A DNA stretch of 64,000 bases, taken from assembly GCA_026417035.1 (NCBI GenBank), contig JAOAEA010000003.1, positions 44,980 through 108,979 of the forward strand, read 5' to 3'. The notes below the pieces were generated by a model. The model was not told the origin of the DNA. It saw only the letters and a program-made list of their open reading frames with translations, and searched no databases. Source of the DNA: Burkholderiales bacterium. GTDB lineage: Bacteria; Pseudomonadota; Gammaproteobacteria; Burkholderiales; SG8-39. Within the stretch, counting starts at the first letter, position 1, and each line of letters starts with the position of its first letter. This document shows positions 19,919-28,455 of the stretch, piece after piece. A program made the position numbers and the translations under genes.

Positions 19919-20501
19919 GGCGGCGCTCGCCGCAGGAACGTTCGCCGCCGCGACGGCCCTGGGCGCCGCCGCGGCGAGCGCGCTCGTCTCCGGGCCCGGC
20001 GTCGCGCTGGTGAACGCCAAGTGCGGCACGTGCCACGACGTCACGCACATCACGCGCTCGAAGCTCACGCAGGACGAGTGGACCGACAACCTGCGCAACA
20101 TGATCCAGCGCGGGATGCCGCCGCCCACCGACGACGAGCGCGCGATCATCATCGAGTACCTCGTCGCCTACTACGGACCGAAGCCGCCGCCGCCGGCCGC
20201 GCCCGACACCTACGCCGATCGCGTCGCGGGGCTGGGCGGGCTCGGGGGTGACGATCCTGGGGCGAAGCTGGTCGGCGAGGCGGGCTGCATCGCCTGCCAC
20301 AAGCTCGACGAAGCGTTCGTCGGCCCCTCGTTCAAGGCGATCGCGGCGCGCTACCGCGGCGACAGCGGCGCCCCGGCGCGCCTGGCGCAGAAGGTCCGGC
20401 AGGGCGGCGCCGGCGTGTGGGGACCGACCCCGATGCCGCCGCAGAACCTCACCGACGCCGAGCTGAAGCCCCTCGTGGACTGGGTGCTCGCCCAGAAGTG
20501 A
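19890..20501 (+). CDS. di-haem cytochrome c (SorB-like N-terminal haem domain + c551/c552-like C-terminal domain)
   Basis: 203 aa with a GTG start that overlaps sorA by 29 nt, and a signal peptide. Two CxxCH motifs are present (CGTCH, CIACH), and the second domain carries GVWGPTPMPPQ. Confidence 0.85.
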   Translation: MSASSSFRRRAALAAGTFAAATALGAAAASALVSGPGVALVNAKCGTCHDVTHITRSKLTQDEWTDNLRNMIQRGMPPPTDDERAIIIEYLVAYYGPKPPPPAAPDTYADRVAGLGGLGGDDPGAKLVGEAGCIACHKLDEAFVGPSFKAIAARYRGDSGAPARLAQKVRQGGAGVWGPTPMPPQNLTDAELKPLVDWVLAQK

Positions 20502-20649
20502 TCGGGCGACGTGCCGCGCCGGCCTGCCCGGCTGGCGTCTCGCTCGCGGCCCGCAAGAACGCCGCAGGAGCCGAGAGGCTGCGCTTGCCGCCGCACGGAA
20601 CGGGCGGCGGGAGCAGCACGGCGCGCAAGTAGCGCGCTCGCCGGGGAAA

Positions 20650-20681
20650 GGGCACGCCGGCACGGCGCTCGAGGCGTGCCC
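20650..20681. terminator. GC-rich hairpin between the convergent cytochrome c and dksA2-like genes
   Basis: gggcacgcc (20650-20658) pairs with ggcgtgccc (20673-20681). The U-tract is weak and present only on the minus strand (ctttcccc). Confidence 0.35.
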
Positions 20682-20695
20682 ACCGCGCGTCGGCT

Positions 20696-21547
20696 TCAGT
20701 CGCCGTACATCTTCTGCTTGAGCTCGCGCCGCGCCTGCGCCTCGACCGAGAGCGTCGCGGTCGGGCGCGCGAGGAGCCGTTGCAATCCGATCGGCTCACC
20801 GGTCTCCTCGCACCACCCGTAGGAGCCGTCCTCGATGCGCCGCAGCGCCTGGTCCACCTTCTTCATGAGCTTGCGCTCGCGATCGCGGGTGCGCAGCTCG
20901 AGGGCGTGCTCCTCCTCGATCGTGGCGCGGTCGGCAGGGTCGGGCACGACCTCGTTCTCGCGCAGGTGCTCGGACGTGACGCCGGCGTTCTGTTCCAGCT
21001 CCCGCTTCATGTCGAGGAGCATCGCCTTGAAGAACGCGAGCTGGGCCTCGTTCATGTAGGCATCGGGAGGCATCGCGAGCAGCGCGCTCTCGGTGAGGTC
21101 GCCGAAGCGCAGGTCGGCCCGCGGCGTGGCGGACTGGGCCGGGCGCGGCGCAGGCGGCGGCGCCGCCGCGGCGCGTGCCGGGGCGACCGCCGGCGTGGGG
21201 GCGCGCGGCGGCGCCGGCGGAGGCGCGACGGGCGCAGGCCTGACGGGCGCCGGCACGACGCCGGAGGGGGTCGGCTGCGGCGGCGGCACCGCCTTGAGGG
21301 CCGGTTTCGCCGCGGGCGCGGGTTTCGGGGCCGCGGGCTTCGCCGGCGGCGGTTTCACGGCCGCAGGCTTCGCAGTCGCGGCGCGCTTGGGCGCGGCGGG
21401 CTTCGCCGCCGCCGCGGGCTTGCGCGCCGCGGGCTTCGCCGGCTTCACCGGCTTCGCGGCCTTCCTCGGCGCGGGCCTCGCGCTACTCTTCGCGGGCTTC
21501 GCGGCTGCCCGGGCGGGCGTCTTCTTCACTGCGGTCTGGCGAGGCAT
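20696..21547 (-). CDS. dksA2: DksA2-like RNA polymerase-binding protein (Cys-depleted zinc-finger region) with Lys/Ala/Pro-rich N-terminal extension
   Basis: The C-terminal ~145 aa align with DksA (YMNEAQLAFFKAMLLDMKRELEQ...LRTRDRERKLMKKVDQALRRIEDGSYGWCEETGEPIGLQRLLARPTATLSVEAQ). The four Zn-finger Cys positions read C,T,S,A. The in-frame upstream sequence MPRQTAVKKTPARAAAKPAKSS...KPAAPKPAPAAKP runs from the ATG at 21547. That start overlaps the COG0523 gene end by 22 nt and is uncertain. Confidence 0.8.
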   Translation of the reverse strand: MPRQTAVKKTPARAAAKPAKSSARPAPRKAAKPVKPAKPAARKPAAAAKPAAPKRAATAKPAAVKPPPAKPAAPKPAPAAKPALKAVPPPQPTPSGVVPAPVRPAPVAPPPAPPRAPTPAVAPARAAAAPPPAPRPAQSATPRADLRFGDLTESALLAMPPDAYMNEAQLAFFKAMLLDMKRELEQNAGVTSEHLRENEVVPDPADRATIEEEHALELRTRDRERKLMKKVDQALRRIEDGSYGWCEETGEPIGLQRLLARPTATLSVEAQARRELKQKMYGD

Positions 21548-22515
21548 TGCTCGAGTCCTTGCACGAAAAGGTCTTCGGGAAGATTCCGGCCGATGAAGAC
21601 GAGCACGCTCTCGCGCTTCTCGTCCGGGCTCCAGGGCTTGCCGAGGTCGCCGCCCATGAGCATGTGCACGCCCTGGAAGACCACCCGGTGCGGGTTGTCC
21701 CGCAGGTGGAGGACACCCTTGTAGCGCAGCATGTCCTGGCCGTAGACCTGGATCATGCCGGAGAGGAATTCCTCGAGCTTCGCGCCCTCGAACGGGCGCT
21801 CGGAGCGGAACACGAACGAATGCACCGCGTCGTCGTGCGCGTGCGCGTCCTCGGCGAGGAAGTCCGGATCGAGCTCGAGGATCGCGTTCAGGTTGAAGCC
21901 GCGGACGTCGAGGATGTCGGCGATCGGCGCCGCGCCGAAGTGCACCGCCTTCACCGGCGCACGCGGGTTGATGCGCGCGAGCCGGTGCCGCAGCGACGCG
22001 ACGGCGTGCTCGGTGACGAGGTCGGTCTTGGAGATGAGGATCCGGTCGGCGAAACCCACCTGCTCCTGCGCCTCGCGAAACTCGTCGAGCTGCCGCTCGC
22101 CGTGCTTCGCGTCCACGACGGTCACGATCGCGTCGAGGAGGTAGTACTCGCCGATCGACTCGTCCATGAAGAAGGTCTGCGCCACCGGGCCGGGATCGGC
22201 CATGCCGGTCGTCTCGATGATGACGCGGTCGAACCGGAGCGCGCCCGCGGCTCGCTTCGCCTTGAGCTCGCCGAGGATGCGCACCAGGTCGCCGCGGACG
22301 GTGCAGCAGATGCAGCCGTTGTTCATCTCGACGATCTGCTCGTCGCGGTCCTGCAACAGGATCTCGTTGTCGACGCCGGCCTCGCCGTACTCGTTCTCGA
22401 TCACCGCGATCCGCTCGCCGTGGTTTTCGCGGAGGATGCGGTTGAGCAGCGTCGTCTTGCCCGCGCCGAGAAAGCCGGTGAGGATCGTCACCGGGACCAT
22501 GCCGTCGTCTGCCAT
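21526..22515 (-). CDS. COG0523/CobW-family metallochaperone GTPase
   Basis: Start reassigned to the ATG at 22515 (MADDGMVPVTILTGFLGAGKTTLLNRIL, Walker A). It has the CxCC motif (GCICCT) and a His-rich linker (DAHAHDDAVH). Confidence 0.9.
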   Translation of the reverse strand: MADDGMVPVTILTGFLGAGKTTLLNRILRENHGERIAVIENEYGEAGVDNEILLQDRDEQIVEMNNGCICCTVRGDLVRILGELKAKRAAGALRFDRVIIETTGMADPGPVAQTFFMDESIGEYYLLDAIVTVVDAKHGERQLDEFREAQEQVGFADRILISKTDLVTEHAVASLRHRLARINPRAPVKAVHFGAAPIADILDVRGFNLNAILELDPDFLAEDAHAHDDAVHSFVFRSERPFEGAKLEEFLSGMIQVYGQDMLRYKGVLHLRDNPHRVVFQGVHMLMGGDLGKPWSPDEKRESVLVFIGRNLPEDLFVQGLEQCLARPQ

Positions 22516-22632
22516 GACCTCGTTGCGCCCGCGGCGCGCGAGCCTCCCGCGCCCGGGCCTCTCTGAAAAGGGAATCGGCCCCGGCCCCGTGTCCCGCACG
22601 GGCCCCACGGGGCCGTCTGTTCAAGGCGCGCG

Positions 22633-22661
22633 ATTGTAGTCGCGGCAGAAGGGCAGGGCAA
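22633..22661 (-). promoter_or_regulatory. sigma-70-type promoter for the COG0523-dksA2 operon with an overlapping small inverted repeat
   Basis: The minus strand reads TTGCCC-N17-TACAAT. The inverted repeat GCGAT-tgta-GTCGC (22630-22643) overlaps the -10. Confidence 0.5.
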
Positions 22662-22688
22662 CCCCGCCCGGCCCGGCGCCGGCCGGCC

Positions 22689-23891
22689 TCACAATTTCTT
22701 GAGAATCAGTCCCTTGAGATACTCGCCCTCGGGGAAGGCGAGCATCACCGGATGGTCGGGCGCCGCGGCGAGTCGCGCCAACAGCTGCGCCTCGGCCCCC
22801 GCGTCGACCGCAGCGCTGGCGACGATCTTCTGGAAGAGGTCGGCGGTGACGCCGCCGGAGCAAGAGAACGTGACGAGCAGGCCGCCGGGCCGCAGTAAGC
22901 GGAAAGCGAGCAGGTTGATGTCCTTGTAGGCGCGCGCGGCGCGCGCCGCATGCGCGGCCGTGGGCGCGAACTTGGGCGGGTCGAGCACCACCAGGTCGAA
23001 GGTGCGGCCCGCGTCGCGCAGCCCGCGCAGGTGCGCGAAGACGTCGGCCTCGGCCCATTCGGCGCGCGAGGCGTCGAGCGCGTTCAGCGCGAGGTTCTCG
23101 CGCGCGAGGGCGAGCGCGGCGGCGGAGCTGTCGAGCGACAGGACCGATCGCGCGCCGCCGGCGAGCGCGGCGAGCGAGAAGCCGCCGGTGTAGCAGAACG
23201 CGTTGAGGACGTCGCAGCCGCGGGCGAGCGCGCGGACCCGCGCCCGGTTGTCGCGCTGGTCGAGATAGAAGCCGGTCTTCTGGCCGTGGGCGACGTCGAC
23301 GCGGTAGCGGATGCCGTGCTCGACGATCTCGGCCATTGCGCCGGCGAGCGTGCCGCGGATCGCCCCGGTGCGCGGCGCGAGCCCCTCGATCTCGCGCACC
23401 TCGGCGTCGGAGCGCTCGTAGATGCCGGCGCAGCCGGTTTCGGCCGCGAGCGCATCCGCGATCGCGTCGCGCCAGCGCTCGGCGCCCGCGGAGGTGAGCT
23501 GGAGCACGACGACGTCGGCGTAGCGGTCGGCCACCACGCCGGGCAGGCCATCGGCTTCGCCGTGCACGAGGCGGCAGGCCGGGAGCGCCGCGGCATCGAG
23601 GAGCGCACGCCGGCGCGCGATGGCCGCGCGCACCCGTTCGTGGAAGAACGCAGCATCGATCGCGCGCGTCGGCTCACGCGTCCACAGCCGCACGCGGATC
23701 TGCGAGCGCGGGCTATAGGCGCCGAGGCCCAGCACTTCACCGGCCGCGGTGGCGACGCGCACCGTTTCGCCGGACGCCGGTTCACCCGCGACGCGCCCGA
23801 CCGCCCCCGAGAACACCCAAGGGTGCCCGCGGAGCACCGAGCGTTCCCGCTCGGCGTTCAGGATGACCGCCGGCGGCCCCGCGGCCTCCAC
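22689..23891 (-). CDS. rlmI: 23S rRNA m5C methyltransferase RlmI-like (PUA + class I SAM methyltransferase)
   Basis: It carries SVLRGHPWVFSGAV, ACRLVHGEADGLPGVVADRY, HGQKTGFYLDQRDNR and LDPPKF. No ATG is available, so I chose the GTG at 23891. The start is uncertain. Confidence 0.82.
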   Translation of the reverse strand: MEAAGPPAVILNAERERSVLRGHPWVFSGAVGRVAGEPASGETVRVATAAGEVLGLGAYSPRSQIRVRLWTREPTRAIDAAFFHERVRAAIARRRALLDAAALPACRLVHGEADGLPGVVADRYADVVVLQLTSAGAERWRDAIADALAAETGCAGIYERSDAEVREIEGLAPRTGAIRGTLAGAMAEIVEHGIRYRVDVAHGQKTGFYLDQRDNRARVRALARGCDVLNAFCYTGGFSLAALAGGARSVLSLDSSAAALALARENLALNALDASRAEWAEADVFAHLRGLRDAGRTFDLVVLDPPKFAPTAAHAARAARAYKDINLLAFRLLRPGGLLVTFSCSGGVTADLFQKIVASAAVDAGAEAQLLARLAAAPDHPVMLAFPEGEYLKGLILKKL

Positions 23892-23995
23892 CGAGAGGCC
23901 GGACGCGGTCGGCTTCCCGCGAGCGGCGCCGCGGCCTCCGCGGCCGCCTCCACCCTGCCGCGATGCCGGCCATCCCGAGCGGCGTGGGCCGCGGT

Positions 23996-24925
23996 TCACG
24001 GCTTTTTCTTCGCGCGCGGGTGCGCGGTGTCGTAGACCTTGGCGAGGTGCTGGAAGTCGAGGCTCGTGTAGACCTGCGTGGTCGAAATGCTCGCGTGGCC
24101 GAGCATTTCCTGCACCGCGCGCAGGTCGCCCGAAGACTGGAGCACGTGCGTCGCGAAGGAGTGGCGGAGCATGTGCGGATGCACGTGCTGTGCGATGCCC
24201 GCGCGCGACGCCCATCGCGCGAGCCGCCCGCGCACGACGCCCGGGCTCACGCGGGCGCCGCGCGCGCCGACGAAGAGCGCGCGCTCGTCCGGCGCGGCGA
24301 GCGTGGCCCGCGCCGCGAGCCAATCGGCGAGCGCCGCGCGCGCCTTCGCGCCGACCGGCACCGTGCGCGTGCGCGACCCCTTGCCGGTCACGGTCACCTC
24401 ACCGTTCGCGAGGATGGCGCGGGCGTCGGCGGTGGAGAGCGAGACGAGCTCGGCGAGCCGCAGCCCGGACGAGTAGCAGAGCTCGAACATGGCGCGATCG
24501 CGCAGCTCCGGCGCCGACTCGGCGGGCGCGTCGAGCAGGCGCGCGGCGGCGTCGGGGGAGAGGGCCTTGGGCAGCGACTTCGCCGCCTTCGGCGCGCGGA
24601 TGCCGGTGCAGGGGTTGGCCGCGAGCGCGCGGTGGCGCACGAGCCAGGCGAAGAATCCGCGCCACGCCGAGAGCGTCGCCGCGAGCGTGCGCCCCGAGAT
24701 GCCGCGGGCGTGCAGCGCGGCGACGGCGCGGCGCACGTGGTGGCCCGCGACCGCCTCGAGCGGGATGCCCGGGGTCGCGGCGAGCAGGGTCGCGATGTCG
24801 CGCTCGTAGTTCGCGCGCGTGCCGGGCGCGAGGCGCCGTTGGTGCGCGAGGTGGTCGAGGTACGCGTCGAGCAGCGCGCGCCGCGCGTCCGGCGGGGCAG
24901 TCGGCGCGCGCGGGCCCGCGGGCAT
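23996..24925 (-). CDS. xerC: site-specific tyrosine recombinase XerC
   Basis: Start reassigned to the ATG at 24925. It has the catalytic RHRY residues in context (ELCYSSGLRLAEL, HMLRHSFATHVL, LGHASISTTQVYT). It belongs to the conserved dapF-DUF484-xerC cluster. Confidence 0.92.
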   Translation of the reverse strand: MPAGPRAPTAPPDARRALLDAYLDHLAHQRRLAPGTRANYERDIATLLAATPGIPLEAVAGHHVRRAVAALHARGISGRTLAATLSAWRGFFAWLVRHRALAANPCTGIRAPKAAKSLPKALSPDAAARLLDAPAESAPELRDRAMFELCYSSGLRLAELVSLSTADARAILANGEVTVTGKGSRTRTVPVGAKARAALADWLAARATLAAPDERALFVGARGARVSPGVVRGRLARWASRAGIAQHVHPHMLRHSFATHVLQSSGDLRAVQEMLGHASISTTQVYTSLDFQHLAKVYDTAHPRAKKKP

Positions 24926-24930
24926 CGCCG

Positions 24931-25572
24931 TCAGAGAAGGCGCGCGAGCCCCGCGCTCACCATCTCGCCGATGCGCTCGAGGTAGAGCGTGCCCATCTCC
25001 GGATAGAACCGCTCCGGGTCTTCCGAGCCGATGGCGAGCATGCCGAAGGTCCCGTCGCGGTCCCGGAGCGGCATGAACGCCACCGAGCGCACGTGCCCGC
25101 CGGCCTCGCCGAACCACGCCACCGCCTCGAAGTTCGCGTTCGCGCCGCAGTAGGGGTGCGTGAGCTCGCCGGCGAAGCGCATCAGCGCCTCGCTCGCCGC
25201 GGCGAACTCCGCTCGCGCGCCGGCGCCGCGCCAGAGGCGCAGCGCGGCGTGTGGCACGGAGAAGTCCTCGCGCAGGGCGTCGTAGAGGGCGTGCAGGAAG
25301 GCGTCGAGCGCCGCGGCCGAGAGGAGCGCCAGACCGAGCCGGTGCACCTTGTCGCCGATCGCGTCGTTCTCCTCCCCGAACTGGATGAGCTCGGCGAGCT
25401 TCGCCTCGAGGGCGCGTGACTTCTCCCGCAGGCTGAGGACCTGGCGCTCGGCGAGCGGGATCGCGCGCCCGCCGTGCGGGTGCGGTACGTAGATCTCGGC
25501 GAGGAGCTCGGCGTAGGTCTCGAAGAAGTCGGGGTGGCCCTTCAGGTAGTTCGCGACGTCTTCGGCTTGCAT
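24931..25572 (-). CDS. DUF484 family protein (YigA-like)
   Basis: Start reassigned to the ATG at 25572 ([24 protein letters not shown]). It overlaps the dapF stop in an ATGA arrangement. Confidence 0.85.
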   Translation of the reverse strand: MQAEDVANYLKGHPDFFETYAELLAEIYVPHPHGGRAIPLAERQVLSLREKSRALEAKLAELIQFGEENDAIGDKVHRLGLALLSAAALDAFLHALYDALREDFSVPHAALRLWRGAGARAEFAAASEALMRFAGELTHPYCGANANFEAVAWFGEAGGHVRSVAFMPLRDRDGTFGMLAIGSEDPERFYPEMGTLYLERIGEMVSAGLARLL

Positions 25573-26411
25573 CAAAGCTTCCCCAGATCCACTTCGCCCT
25601 CGAACACCGTGACCGCAGGCCCGGTGAGGAAGACCGGATTGTCCGCGCCGGCCCAAGCGATCGTCAATTCCCCGCCGCGCGTCGCGACGCGCACGCGCTC
25701 GTCGAGGAGCCCGCGGCGGATGCCCGCCACCACCGCTGCGCAGGCCCCGGTGCCGCAGGCGAGCGTCTCGCCCGCGCCGCGCTCGTAGACGCGCAGCCGC
25801 ACCCGGCCGCGGTCGACCACCTGCACGTAGCCGGCGTTCACCCGCTGCGGGAAGCGCGGATGGGATTCGATCTTCGGCCCCTGCGTCGCGACCGGCGCCG
25901 CGTCGACGTCGGCGACCACCTGGACCGCGTGCGGGTTGCCCATGGAGAGCGCGGTGATCATCACCGTCTCGCCGTCCACTGCGAGCGGCTGCACCACGGC
26001 GTCCGAATCGCTCACGAAGGGGATGCGCGCGGGCTCGAAGACCGGCGCGCCCATGTCCACGGTCACCTCCCCGTCGGCCTCGAGCCGCGGCGCGATGACG
26101 CCGCCCTTCGTCTCGACGCGGATCTCGTTCTTCGTGGTGAGCCCCTGCTCGCGCACGAAGCGCACGAAGCAGCGCGCGCCGTTGCCGCAGCTCTCCACCT
26201 CGCCGCCGTCGGCATTGAAGATCCGGTAGCGGAAGTCCACGCCCGGCGCGGTGGCGGGCTCGACGAGGAGCACCTGGTCGCAGCCGACGCCGAAGTGGCG
26301 GTCGGCGAGCCTGCGCACGGTCCCGGGCGCGAGGTCGACGCGCTGGCGCACCGCGTCGATGACGACGAAGTCGTTGCCGGTGCCGTGCATCTTGGTGAAC
26401 TTGAGCTTCAT
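25572..26411 (-). CDS. dapF: diaminopimelate epimerase
   Basis: 279 aa with [15 protein letters not shown] and both catalytic Cys contexts ([16 protein letters not shown]). Confidence 0.95.
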   Translation of the reverse strand: MKLKFTKMHGTGNDFVVIDAVRQRVDLAPGTVRRLADRHFGVGCDQVLLVEPATAPGVDFRYRIFNADGGEVESCGNGARCFVRFVREQGLTTKNEIRVETKGGVIAPRLEADGEVTVDMGAPVFEPARIPFVSDSDAVVQPLAVDGETVMITALSMGNPHAVQVVADVDAAPVATQGPKIESHPRFPQRVNAGYVQVVDRGRVRLRVYERGAGETLACGTGACAAVVAGIRRGLLDERVRVATRGGELTIAWAGADNPVFLTGPAVTVFEGEVDLGKL

Positions 26412-26419
26412 CGGAAGCG

Positions 26420-26622
26420 CTTCAACGCAGAGTCCGCGGAGGACGCCGGGGGCCGCAGAGGATCGCAGACCCGATCCGGGCCGACTCGCGGGATCCGGCG
26501 TTCGCGGCGCGCACGCAGGCGGGTTTCCCGAGCGCGGACATCCGATCCGCCGCCACGGACCGGGGCCGTTCCGGCGCGCCCGCAGAAATCCTTCCGCTGC
26601 CCTCTGCGTTCTCTGCCTCGCA
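26420..26622. repeat. degenerate heptamer/GATCCG-rich intergenic element bounded by an inverted repeat
   Basis: caacgcagag (about 26425-26434) is the reverse complement of ctctgcgttc (about 26603-26612). The interior holds gcagaggatcgcaga and repeated gatccg/ggatcc. The right end, ccttccgctgccctctgcgttctctgcc, resembles the AGCCTTCTGTCCTCTG end of the other copies. Confidence 0.4.
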
Positions 26623-27498
26623 TCAGTAAAACCCCGCCTGCCCCGGCGGGCGCGTCTTGAAGCGCTTGTGCACCCAATAGTACTGCTCGGGCATCTCGCG
26701 CACCCGATCCTCGATGAACGCGTTCATGCGCCGCGCGTCCGCCACCGGGTCGTCGGTGGGGAAGTCCTCCCAGGCCGGATAGAACCGCGCGCGGTAGCCG
26801 GCGCCGCCGGGCAGCATGCGCGCCACGCAGGGCACCACGCGCGCGCCGGTGAGCTTCGCGAGCCGCGACACGCCGGTGATCGTCGCGGCCGGCACGCCGA
26901 AGAACGGCACGAACACGGACTCCGCCGGGCCGAAATCGAGGTCGGGGAGATAGAAGAACGGCACGCCGTCCTTGATCGACCGCGCGATCGTGCGCAGCCC
27001 GTCCTGCCGCGAGAAGAGCCGCGAGCGGCCGAAGATGAACCGCACCCGGCCCGAGCGGATGCGCTCGTCGATCACCGGATCCTTCTGCTTCTGGTACATG
27101 CTGGTGATCTCGTGGTCGCACGATATGCGCACGCCCGCCGCGTCCATGCCCAGGAAGTGCGGCGCGAGGATGATCACCGGCCGCCCGATGTGCGCGTCGA
27201 GGTGGTGCGCCTCCTCGTACTGCACGAGGCGCATGAAGCGGCGCTGCGACGCGTACCACATGATCGCGTGCTCGAGGAAGAAACGGCCGACGAGCCGGAA
27301 GTGCCGCTTCGCGAGGGCGACGCGCTCGCCTTCGGGCATGTCGGGGAAGCACCTGGCGAGATTCACGAGCGCCACGCGCCGCCGCGGCGCCACCGCGTGG
27401 TAGGCGAGCGCGCCCGCCGCCTCGCCGATCGCGGCGAGCACCGCGAGCGGCAGGAAGTGCAGGAGCCACATCAGGCCGAGGGCGAGCCGCGAGAGCAC
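26623..27498 (-). CDS. lpxL: lipid A biosynthesis lauroyl/myristoyl acyltransferase (LpxL/HtrB family)
   Basis: It has the HX4D-type acyltransferase core ([13 protein letters not shown]) and the C-terminal [16 protein letters not shown] chose the GTG start at 27498 ([17 protein letters not shown]), 19 nt after the upstream gene. The start is uncertain. Confidence 0.85.
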   Translation of the reverse strand: MLSRLALGLMWLLHFLPLAVLAAIGEAAGALAYHAVAPRRRVALVNLARCFPDMPEGERVALAKRHFRLVGRFFLEHAIMWYASQRRFMRLVQYEEAHHLDAHIGRPVIILAPHFLGMDAAGVRISCDHEITSMYQKQKDPVIDERIRSGRVRFIFGRSRLFSRQDGLRTIARSIKDGVPFFYLPDLDFGPAESVFVPFFGVPAATITGVSRLAKLTGARVVPCVARMLPGGAGYRARFYPAWEDFPTDDPVADARRMNAFIEDRVREMPEQYYWVHKRFKTRPPGQAGFY

Positions 27499-27517
27499 CG
27501 GTTCGGTCCCGAGAGGC

Positions 27518-28366
27518 TCAGCCCGGCGCCGCGGGCGGCGCGACCCCCGCGGGCACCTTGTAGCGGTGGTAAGCCCACAGGTACTGCTCCGGGCGCTCGC
27601 GGATGAGACCTTCCATCGCGCGGTTGATCCGGCGCGCCGGGCGTTCGCCGGCAAGCGCCTCGGGCATGCGCGCGACGTGCATCCGGTAGCCCGCGCCGCC
27701 CGGCAGCCGCTCGCCGTAAGCGAGCACGATGGCCGCGCCGGTGGACTCGGCGAGGCGCGCGGCGAGCGTCATCGTGTAGGCGGGCCGGCCGAAGAACTCG
27801 GCCCACTCGCCCTCGCCGCGGCTTGGCACCTGGTCCGGGAGCATGCCGATCGCCTCGCCCGCCCGCAGCGCCTTCACGAGCGCGCGCACCCCTCTCACGT
27901 CGGTCGTCGCGGCCCTCATGTTGGGCCGATTGCGTCCCGCCTCCATGAGCGGCCGCAGCCAGGGCTGCCGCGCCGGCCGGTAGAGCACGGTGATCGGTCC
28001 GATCGCATGGCTGAAGAACTGCGCGGTGACGTCGAAGCACCCGAGATGCGGGGTGAGGAAGAGCACGCCCTTGCCACGCGCCGCCGCCTCGTCGTAGATG
28101 TCGCGCCCGCGGACCTCGCGTACCCAGCCCGCGACCTCCGCGTGCGGACGCAGCCAGATCGCCGGCAGCTCCGCGACCGCCTTGCCGGCCTCCGCGATGG
28201 CGGCGCGCCGGACGTGCGGATCGTCGATGCCGGCCTGGGCGAGGTTCGCGTCGAGATGCCTCCGGTAGCGGGCGGAGAGGAGGTAGGCGGCCCAGCCGAG
28301 CGCGGCGCCGAGCCGGTGCAGCCACGCCAGCGGCAGGCGCGCCAGCAGACGGAGGATCGCGGTCAT
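27518..28366 (-). CDS. second LpxL/LpxM-type lysophospholipid acyltransferase paralog
   Basis: 282 aa with [11 protein letters not shown] and [12 protein letters not shown]. It is a tandem paralog of the downstream gene. Confidence 0.85.
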   Translation of the reverse strand: MTAILRLLARLPLAWLHRLGAALGWAAYLLSARYRRHLDANLAQAGIDDPHVRRAAIAEAGKAVAELPAIWLRPHAEVAGWVREVRGRDIYDEAAARGKGVLFLTPHLGCFDVTAQFFSHAIGPITVLYRPARQPWLRPLMEAGRNRPNMRAATTDVRGVRALVKALRAGEAIGMLPDQVPSRGEGEWAEFFGRPAYTMTLAARLAESTGAAIVLAYGERLPGGAGYRMHVARMPEALAGERPARRINRAMEGLIRERPEQYLWAYHRYKVPAGVAPPAAPG

Positions 28367-28455
28367 CGGTCGGCACGCGGCGCCGCCCCGGCGCGCGCGC
28401 CGTGATATCCTTCGCGGTCTTTTTTATTCAACGACTTGAACCGGGGCCGTCCGCG

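Noticed and set aside
22516-22688. A canonical Zur box upstream of the COG0523-dksA2 operon.
   Set aside because: I found no AT-rich ~15-19-bp palindrome of the GTTATA/TAACAT type. The only candidate is a short GCGAT-N4-GTCGC repeat over the -10, so zinc regulation remains an inference from gene content.
28367-28455. A SAM-type riboswitch in the metK leader.
   Set aside because: The leader is only ~89 nt, and I could not recognise the conserved cores of the SAM-I, SAM-II, SAM-V or SAM/SAH elements. It needs a covariance-model scan before any claim.
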